From assembly GCA_010015585.1 (NCBI GenBank), contig ML975156.1: DNA of 64,000 nt. The stretch is one strand, 5' to 3'. Below are positions 55,659 through 64,000 of this stretch, piece by piece (the stretch's first letter is position 1; each line of letters begins with the position of its first letter). Made by a program: the position numbers and the translations under genes. The DNA comes from Eremomyces bilateralis CBS 781.70. Lineage: Eukaryota. The notes under the pieces were generated by a model. The model saw nothing but the letters and a program-made list of their open reading frames with translations, had not been told where the DNA came from and did not search any database.

Positions 55659-56420
55659 ATGAATGCAGGCACCGACGGAGGAATCCGCATCGGCATATTC
55701 ATCATGAATGGGGGTCTGCGACGACCGACAATCGCGAATGATGGTTCTTGACCATTCACCGACATAGGGAAATATGTGCTGGGGGTGCGCATTCAGCGCT
55801 GGATACCAAGTTCTGGCTTATATAAATAGCACGGTTATTCCCGACACACTGTAATATACATAGTTGCCGTCCAAAATGGGCAAGGTGTTCGGGTACTTGC
55901 AAAGAATCCGAGACACAATTCACTCTGTGGATGATGTAGCTAGCACCTTGGGCACTTTGACGTGCCAAAAGACAGCTCTAAAAAGCACTTAGGATAATAT
56001 AGAAGTTGATAATTACCTTATCTATTTATTCGGATTAATCAAAGGCCCTACTGTAGTACTGAGTACTCACCTCTGCAGCTCTGCTTCAATTGCATCAACA
56101 GTGGAACAGTCCCCAATGCGGGAGCACCCGTTGAACTTGAACAGAACCCGGCATATCAATGTTACAAGTACGGAATACGGAGTACTAAATACCTCCTAAA
56201 CAGTCCTAACCCATACTAAATAAATACAGCTGGGCGTCCACGGTCCAAAGCCTAAACTCCCAAGTCCCAAATCCTCGAAGTTCGACGAGAAGACCCTGCA
56301 GACGGCTGCAGTACCGTAAACCCCGACCTCCGTCATTCTTAATTTCATCCCCATCAACCGCATCAGGGCTTTGATGACCCCGACCGTACCTTCAAATCCA
56401 CACCACTCATTGCCTACAAC

Positions 56421-57414
56421 ATGACGTCCGTAAATCCCCCACCAGCTCCATCATGGAGCGAAGACGAGCTCATCGAGGCGCTGGCGCTTCTCGAAAACAT
56501 GCAAGAACAGGTACCGCCGCCCTCCTCACCCCCTCCCCAACCCATCTCCAGGCGACATACTAACCCCAACCCCCCCCCCGTAGCTCGATCTCCTCCGCAC
56601 CATTCCCGCCGGCATCATCCGCGCCCTCGGCGCTACCCATCTGTCCCCCGAAGACTACTTCCAGAACTTCCTCGTGCCCGCGCACGGCGGCTCGCGGCGT
56701 CTGAACAAGTTCTCGACCGACTGGCACGGCGCGCCAGTGCGTGGGATTGTGGAGCACGCGAGCGCGCGGGAGAAGGAGGACGCGGATCTGAGCGCGGGGT
56801 TGACGGTGCCGAAGTACGGGTGGAGGGAGCTGGCGAGGTCGAATGCGAGGGTGAAGAAGGAGGGGGAGGATGGGGAGAGGGGGACAAAGAGGGAGGAGGT
56901 GGAGGAGTTAGTGAAGGGGTTTGATGAGCAGACGGAGAAGGCCACGGTGAATTTTGATAAGGAGAGTTTGGTGATTAAGGTACGTGGTTCGCGGTCGGAG
57001 GGACGCGACGCAACTAATATATGGTACAGATACAGCTGAAGGTGCCACAGTGGAAACTGCGGTTCGTTCTGAATCCGGAGTTTGACGACCAGGACCATGT
57101 GGTCTATCAAGTAGAGTGTGTCGGCAGCAAACCCGCGCAAACCTCGATTACGCGGTGCATGAACAAACGCCCGGCTGCTGGCGACCTCCAATACCTTCTG
57201 GTACGTCCTCCGCCACCAGCGCAACCCCATGGCTAATTCCGAGCAGGACATGATCGGCGCGTATCAGGATGCCCCCTTCGTGACTTGCGCCATCTGCAAC
57301 AAAACCGTCAACCAACAGGTCATCCACCCCACCGGCCGACGCAGAAAGGAGATTAAGAACGACGACGGCACCACCGAGACCGTCTGGGAGCCCTACCACG
57401 AATCCTGCACCTGA
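56421..57414 (+). CDS. MED27: Probable Mediator complex subunit 27
   Basis: C-terminal YLL|DMIGAY..FVTCAICNK..PT.R..WEPYHESC matches the Med27 zinc-binding tail; 3 introns. Confidence 0.72.
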
Positions 57415-57432
57415 TCTCCCGTTCCGAGCGCA

Positions 57433-57897
57433 CTAAAACCCCTCCACCCACCCATGTGCATCCGGCACACCCCAATGCCCCCACACATCCCGCACCATCC
57501 CCCGCTCCGCATCCACATCGCTCCACGAATACGCCCGCGGGTACCGGTAGGTCCTTGACCGAAAATCGTACACCTTCCCCGGCCGCCGGTAGCGCGCGGC
57601 GGGCCACAGCGGCGGCAGGCTCGCGTCGTCCAAGAGAGGATCGAACTGGGTCCAGCGGCTCCAGCGGGCGCGGGGGACGGGCTGCGCCGCGGGTGAGGCA
57701 GTGATAGAGAGGAAAATGTCAGGGCCGCGGCCGGTGAGGAGGTCTTTCCAGCGGGAGCGGCGGGTGCCGTTGTGGTGGTCGCGCGGCCAGATGAGGTTGT
57801 AGTGGGGCTTGTCGATGCGGACGCGGTGGCCGTTGCGGACCCAGCCGACGCCTTTGATGAATTCGGGGCGGGGGTTGCGGGACCACGGGTTTTCCAT
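57433..57897 (-). CDS. Hypothetical basic Trp/Arg-rich protein
   Basis: ORF from ATG 57895-57897 (MENPWSRNPRPEF...) with GC3-biased codons. Confidence 0.55.
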   Translation of the reverse strand: MENPWSRNPRPEFIKGVGWVRNGHRVRIDKPHYNLIWPRDHHNGTRRSRWKDLLTGRGPDIFLSITASPAAQPVPRARWSRWTQFDPLLDDASLPPLWPAARYRRPGKVYDFRSRTYRYPRAYSWSDVDAERGMVRDVWGHWGVPDAHGWVEGF

Positions 57898-58393
57898 GTT
57901 ATGAAGATATGGCTGAGAGTTATGGGAGGCCGATGACAGATGCTTGGTGTTTAGCGGGGAATCGAGGAAGAATGGTATATTGGTGACTTGGATTACGGCC
58001 TTTGTTCCGAAGCGGCACTTATATTGAGCTCTGTCAAGGGGGGCAAACCGCACGACACATTTATGTTTGATATCGTGATTTTACGGATATGTAGAAGAGA
58101 ATTCATTGTTGCCAACAAACACTTGTCCTGCATCATGCTTTGATGCAGTAGGCAATCAGATGGGGAGTATGGTCCAAGGATCGGTCGTTGAAATGGGCGG
58201 GCATGATTGTTCTGCTCCCGGCAGATGTCAAATCGGGCAACATGCGTTAGAATCCGATCATTCCGGAGTTGATGTCACAACCGTAGCATCGTGGATCAAA
58301 TTGAGCAGAATCGCAAACGTTTGTAGACGCGGGTGATCTCGGATCTATTGACGGCTATACTGTACAGAAGATTTCTTCATAGCATTCGCTCCC

Positions 58394-58821
58394 TCACAGC
58401 TTGCTGATGAACAGCCTCGCCAACATCGTCCGCATGTTCTTCGGCAGGATATATTTGGTGAACACGTAGATCAGCGCCGGGATGAGGATGAACGCCGTGG
58501 TAACCTCGTTGACGAAGTAGAAGGGGATGAGCTGGGGCATGGCGGCGTAGAGCATGGTCTATGATATCGTCAGTACCGCGAATCCCACCACGCTCCTCGT
58601 CTAATGCCGTGACATACGTAGTTTGGCTTCTCCTGCTTCGCCGGGGCGGCCAATTGGTTCCGGGCCTGCTGCGCTCGGAACGAAGGAACCTTCACCGTGG
58701 ACACCTTCGCCGAGGTCGACGCGGCGCGGGCAATCAGGGACCGCGAGGCCGTGGATTGAAGGCCCAGCGATTGGCGCTGGAGGCCCTGCACAAGAGGGCG
58801 GAACAGTCGTGATGAGGACAT
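58394..58821 (-). CDS. ATP8: Nucleus-encoded mitochondrial ATP synthase subunit 8 precursor (74-aa leader + 48-aa Atp8)
   Basis: Exon 1 58618-58821 (MSSSRLFRPLVQGLQRQ...KQEKPNY); phase-0 intron 58559-58617 (GTATGT..CTGAC..TAG); exon 2 58394-58558 (TMLYAA-MPQLIPFYFVNEVTTAFILIPALIYVFTKYILPKNMRTMLARLFISKL*). Confidence 0.92.
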
Positions 58822-59461
58822 GATGCTAGCAAGCAATTAGCTGGTTGGGTGTTGGAGTCGGAAGGTTTGCGGGCAGAGCATACGGAGCGGGTGGATGGGT
58901 AGGAGGGGTCAGAGTCGGTTTGATGGACCAATTCCACAATCAAAGTCAGCCACACCGACGTCGGTAAGGCAGCTGATGAATTGATGGATGGGATGGAGGT
59001 TGGAAGGCCGTTGGTTGATCGGACGGGTCGTGGTAGAAGCTCTCTCTCGACCATCAAGTTTGGGTTGGAATCCACGAAGCATGAGGTCGGAGAAACTGCG
59101 GCCGGCAAAAGGATGATCCGGAGCAGGGATATATGTGGCTGATTTACTGTGGCTGATTTACTGTGGCTGAAGTGCTTCACTGCTTTTTTCTGTTTTTCTA
59201 CAAACAAAACCGCGTTCACGTGTTTGGGTGCAGGGGGTTGCGCTCTGCATATCGGAGCTTCACCTTTCGCTCCATCAGACTGGCATCGTTGCTATGAAAA
59301 GTTGCTTGCTAAAAGGAGCTTTCACGCTCCCTCTCTACCCTCCCCCTACCCAGTCGATTGGTTCCCTTCAGTGACACCGATATTGTTGAAACTCCTTTCT
59401 CCGTTTGATCCCCATACCGAACGACACACCTTCCTCCAACCCACGATCCACGCCGCCCACC

Positions 59462-62400
59462 ATGTCGCTCTTTTCGAAGTTGAATACTGGGCAAACAACT
59501 CAGTCGAGCCTATTCAACCCGACGAGCACCACTTCAGCGGCCCCAACATCATTCAGCAGCCTTTTTGGAGCACCGCAAGGGACCCAGCCCCAGAGCAATC
59601 AGAGCAATCCTGCGACATCCAACCCAATGTCACAGGGTACACAACCTTTCGGTCTTAGCCTGGGAGCGACCACAAGTTCATCACAACCTCCGCAGCCTAC
59701 ACAGCCTGCACAGCCTTTCGGTCTTGGGTTTGGAGCGACGACAAGTTCATCACAGCCCGCGCAGGTAGCACAGCCAGTGCAGCAACCACAGCAGAACACC
59801 CAAAACAACCAACAGGCGACCGGCGGTTCCAGTCAATCGGCATATTTCGATCACCTCCTGGAACGAGCCCGAAAGAACAACAAAAACAATGGCGTCTCGC
59901 AGTTCGGGGAGCTGCCGAACCTCCAATTGGGGCTGGCGGACATCGCCCGGAAAGTGCGAGATCTGGGGACGGGCGGCCCGGCGGAAGCTGGAGCACCGGG
60001 AACGAACGCGTATGTGTAACTTGTGACCGGAGTTTATTTGCGCTTCATCTCATGTGCCCCCCATGCTGACCACGATTCAATTCTAGACAATATCTCCTCG
60101 CTGCTTCGGGCGTGTCAGTCGCGTCTGCCTTGCGCGATCTGAACGACGTCACTGCGCGATCGGGAACAAACGTCGCCGCGCAAGCTGCCAACGAACCGGA
60201 CGCCGATATCGACGCCTATGTCGCCGGCCTCCATGCGCAAACAACGTCCGACCTCATCACGCAGAGTTTGGAGCAATCCAAACGGGACTTCGATGCGTTT
60301 TTGGAGGAAAATGTTCAGATGGAATGGGATGCTCAGCGACGACGCATCTATGAGCACTTTGGCTTGGTTGGTGCAAGGGAAGAGGATGGTAGTGTCGACG
60401 CGTCACAGAGTGGTTTTGGCAGGTCGTCCCGGAGAAACAGACCATTGGCAGCCTCTACATCGGTATTGGATCTTGGTCAGAACGGCATGTCCATTCGAAA
60501 ATCGGTCATTGGAAATGCGGGAAAGCGAACACTTCGTGGATCCGCCCTGGGGGATCTCCCCAAGGAAAACTCAGGAAACAACCTTGCCTCCATCGGTGGC
60601 GATGCCAGTGCACATTTCCAACGGAACAAGCAAGAGAAATATGGCCAGAAGGTATCGGAGCTCAATCAGGCTCGGATCGGTGAGTTGACATACCCGCTCC
60701 TAACCCAGTTCTGCGAGGTCGAAGCTCAATCCAACGTGGACGATACCTCCTATTTGGTAGATTCCTACAAATCGCTCATCGAAGGTACGGAAGAGTCAGC
60801 GGTGCAGACGTCGCTGGATCAACCGGGCGCCATACGGGAGCGGAAATTTGCTCGGCTATACTTGAGCGATGATGCGCAACGATCCATGGACATTCGGAAG
60901 CGAATTCTCAACGGATCGAGGAAGTCGCTAGAGAACAAATTCCTCGCGCACGTCGACGCAACCATCGAGCGCAACCCGAAGGAGGCAAGGCTTGGAGGCA
61001 TCCCTACGATTCTCAACCGTGTCCGAGCATACATCCGAGTCGCCACCTACCAAAAGGAGCTGGGTGCTGAAGTGGAGCAACTCCAGACTCTCAACGACGA
61101 TTACCTGTGGGTTCTCATCTACTACCTCATCCGGTGCGGCCTGGTCACCGAAGCGGCTCAGTATGTCCAAGACAGCCAACGGGCCATCGTGGGAATCGAC
61201 CGCACATTTCCCCAGGTCATGTCCGCCTACGCCAATGACCCCGAGCGAACGCTGCCTCCTGATTTAGCGCTTCGCCTTCGCCAAGAGTGGAACCGGCAGT
61301 CTAGCTATCCCACGGAGCAAGTCGATCCGTACCGGATGGCATGCTACAAAGTCATTGGCCGCATCGAGCTCGAGCGACGCACGTTGCCAAACATCAACAT
61401 GAGTCATGAGGACTGGATCTGGCTGCAGTTTGCTCTGGCGCGGGAGTCGCGGCCCGAACAGGAGCTTGCGGCCAATGTGTTCGACCTGGCTGCATTGCGA
61501 CAAACCGTGGTCGATATTGGGAATCGGCACTTCAAGGCCGGCGCGGACAACATCGAAAGCCCGGGCACGTTCTTCCACCTGCAGATGCTCGTTGGCATGT
61601 ACGAGCAAGCGGTCGCGTGGCTCTACGACTTCAACCACGTCGCGGCCATCCACTTCGCCATCGCGCTGGAATACTACGGACTACTTCGCGTTTCCGATTT
61701 CAACCAGTCCGAGCTCCTGGGCTTCAGCACGCGAGAGGAACCGCAGATCAACTTCGCGTTGATGGTCGGCCACTACACGGGCGACTTCCGCTCCGCCAAA
61801 CCCGAGCTCGCCGTCGACTACCTCACCCTCATCTGCCTCAATTCCGACCTGGAAGGCGCGCTCGGCGAGCGACAGTCGCAAATCTGCCTCGAGGCGCTGC
61901 GCGAACTCGTCCTCGAGACCAGGGAGTTCGCCCTCCTTCTCGGCGACATTCTCGCCAACGGGGAACGCATCCAGGGCGCGATCCAACGGCGCTCGAGGCT
62001 CATCCGCATTCAGAACGAAGATACCTTCCTGCAGTTCATCACCTCCCAAGCCGCCGCGGTGGCAGAAGACTGCGGCCGCGTCACCGACGCCGTACTCCTC
62101 TACCATCTCGCCGAAGACTACGACAGCGTCGTTTCCGTCCTGAACAAGACTCTATGCGAAGTCATCTCCACGGAGCTAGGCCAAGAGCGAATCCGACTGA
62201 TCCCGCCGAAGCCGCGTGTCCAGACACCCGGCGAAGCGAAACCGGAGCTGCAGAGCTCATTAAGCCTGACGACGGTGGACGACCCGTCGATCCTGGCCGA
62301 TAGTATCCGGCGGTTGTACATGAGCAGCCAGGAATTCTCCCGGCGGATCACGAAGTCCAACTGGGAGATACTGGGGCGGATGGTGATGCTTGCGAAGGCG

Positions 62401-62853
62401 CGAGATCTAGTCAATCAGGGAAATTGGGATGGCGCTCTCATGGTAAGTTCCCCAGATCCTCTCTCGCAACCCGCGTTCTCGTGGAGGTGGAGATGTTATT
62501 GACGCGCGACTAACTCACGATCCCAGGTCACTAAGCAGACTAATCTCCTCCCGCTCTCCGCGCAAGGCGACATCGCCGCCATCCGTACCGCTGCGAACAA
62601 CTTCAATGCGTACCCCGAACTGTTGGCGCGCACCGTCGGCCCGCTGCTGCTCTACACCATCGTCGCGTGCGGGCAGGAGCGCAAGCGGCTGCGGGGGTCG
62701 CCGTACTTCGACGCGACAAAGGTGACGCGCGTGGAGGAGTTGGGGCAGGACGCGCGGGATCTAATGGTGTTTGCGGGGCTGGTGAGGTATCGGTTGGAGG
62801 GCCGCGTGTTCGAGGCGTTGGCGAGGGCTGGGGGAGATGCGGAGGTGGCGTGA
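59462..62853 (+). CDS. NIC96: Nuclear pore scaffold nucleoporin Nic96/Nup93
   Basis: FG-like N-terminus, ELPNLQLGLADI, QSKRDFDAFLEENVQMEWDAQRRRIYEHFGL, WVLIYYLIRCG, DPYRMACYKVIGR, EDWIWLQF, FAGLVRYRL; 2 introns. Confidence 0.95.
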
Positions 62854-64000
62854 TTGGGAGTTGGGGGGTTGGGGGAAACGCAGGGTTTCTCTCGATATGG
62901 CTAGGGAATGGGAATAAAATCATGAGGATGTTGATATACCCTTGTTAGATATGGAGGTAGAGATGAGCCAACAGGACCAAATGCAGACCCCGGTTGCCAT
63001 CCGTCAACTTGGTGCTCCACCGTATATCTCGTTGAGTTTCTTGGTCTATCCTGACGGAGCAGGATTAGCAGGTGTCGACACTATGAAGTATGACGATTTT
63101 AATGTCACGTCCTTCGATACATAACAACACTTTATACATGATTGGATAGACTGCAGTTCAGTAGTATCAGGATATCTTGGACAGAGTGAGATACTCTGGG
63201 CGATCTGATGATGCTTTCCATGGCGCGTCTACCCCACCAACTCCTTCATAATCCAGCCCAAAAAATCTCTATTCCCCGCAACAATAGCCACCGTCAAAAA
63301 AGCTACAAAAGCAGAGGCTGCAAAAGCAAAAAGAAATGATTTCGGCCGGGCTCGATCCGGCGACCTTGAGTGTGCTAACAGGATGTTAGACTCACGTGAT
63401 AACCAACTACACCACGAAACCAATTGATGGAATGAATTTCCGGTCTTTTTACCAGGTGCACAAATCTTTTCAGACTTTCGTAAACCTAAAATTTCCCCTC
63501 TTAGATCGTTGCTGGGCAATTGGAGAGCGAGCATAATATCTCATACCCTGTGGGGGCGTATATTCTTCACGAACGGAATTATATCGGATGTCCTAGATGG
63601 TTGAGGCCGAAAAGGTCTTCGCAGTGCAAGAAAGATCCTTGCAGGGAGGCCTCCCCCTTATGGTAGAGGCTTAGAGCCTTTAACACATGAATTGTGAACT
63701 GCCCATTGAAGCAACTGTAAACATTTATTGGCAAATTGTACTCCGTACCTGTATAGTTTATTGTCCATATGAAAGTCATGAGATTTTAGCTAAATGCAAC
63801 TAATCAAGGGACGGTCTCGACTGAAGCTGACCAATGGAAGCAAAAGAGCATACGGTCAATATTCGCATCAGTCTCAGTGATTGAATATATCTACCAGGTG
63901 CTCCACCGCTGAAACTTCCGTGTTCTATCATATCACCCCTAAAGGTTTCACCACCATTACAATCCATCGGTGGAGAGGATGGGGTTCATGACTCTGGTGG

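Noticed and set aside
58394..58540. NUMT explanation for the ATP8-like sequence
   Set aside because: Codons are GC3-rich, there is a spliceosomal intron and an in-frame leader, and no flanking AT-rich mitochondrial sequence is present.
18214..58821. A functional 'mitochondrial gene cluster' (BCS1, helicase, GatA, ATP8)
   Set aside because: The genes are spread over 40 kb among unrelated housekeeping genes, which is compatible with chance.
63229..63779. Short minus-strand ORFs at the window end
   Set aside because: No recognisable domain or splice-supported gene model.

Overview
Gene-dense nuclear DNA from a filamentous ascomycete (Pezizomycotina), inferred from short GT..AG spliceosomal introns with CTRAC-type branch sites and typical fungal orthologues. 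About 27 genes are visible: a ferric/cupric reductase, TOF1/Timeless, an RRM protein, BCS1, an OPT peptide transporter, eIF3L, a DEAH helicase, PAF1, ARP8, NDC80, PEX14, a putative cyclase, GatA/HER2, MED27, NIC96, two secreted proteins and several hypotheticals, plus a degenerate Tc1/mariner relic. The main finding is missed by the ORF track. It is an intron-containing, GC3-rich nuclear gene (58394-58821, minus) that fuses a 74-aa mitochondrial-presequence-like leader to a complete 48-aa ATP synthase subunit 8 (MPQLIPFYF...RLFISKL), a subunit normally encoded by mtDNA. The second is an intergenic array of 13 copies of a fixed-geometry 25-bp motif (GAGGGTRG-N9-TTASTAAG) with variable spacers at 14291-15285. 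All gene calls rest on manual translation and motif recognition; no database searches were run.
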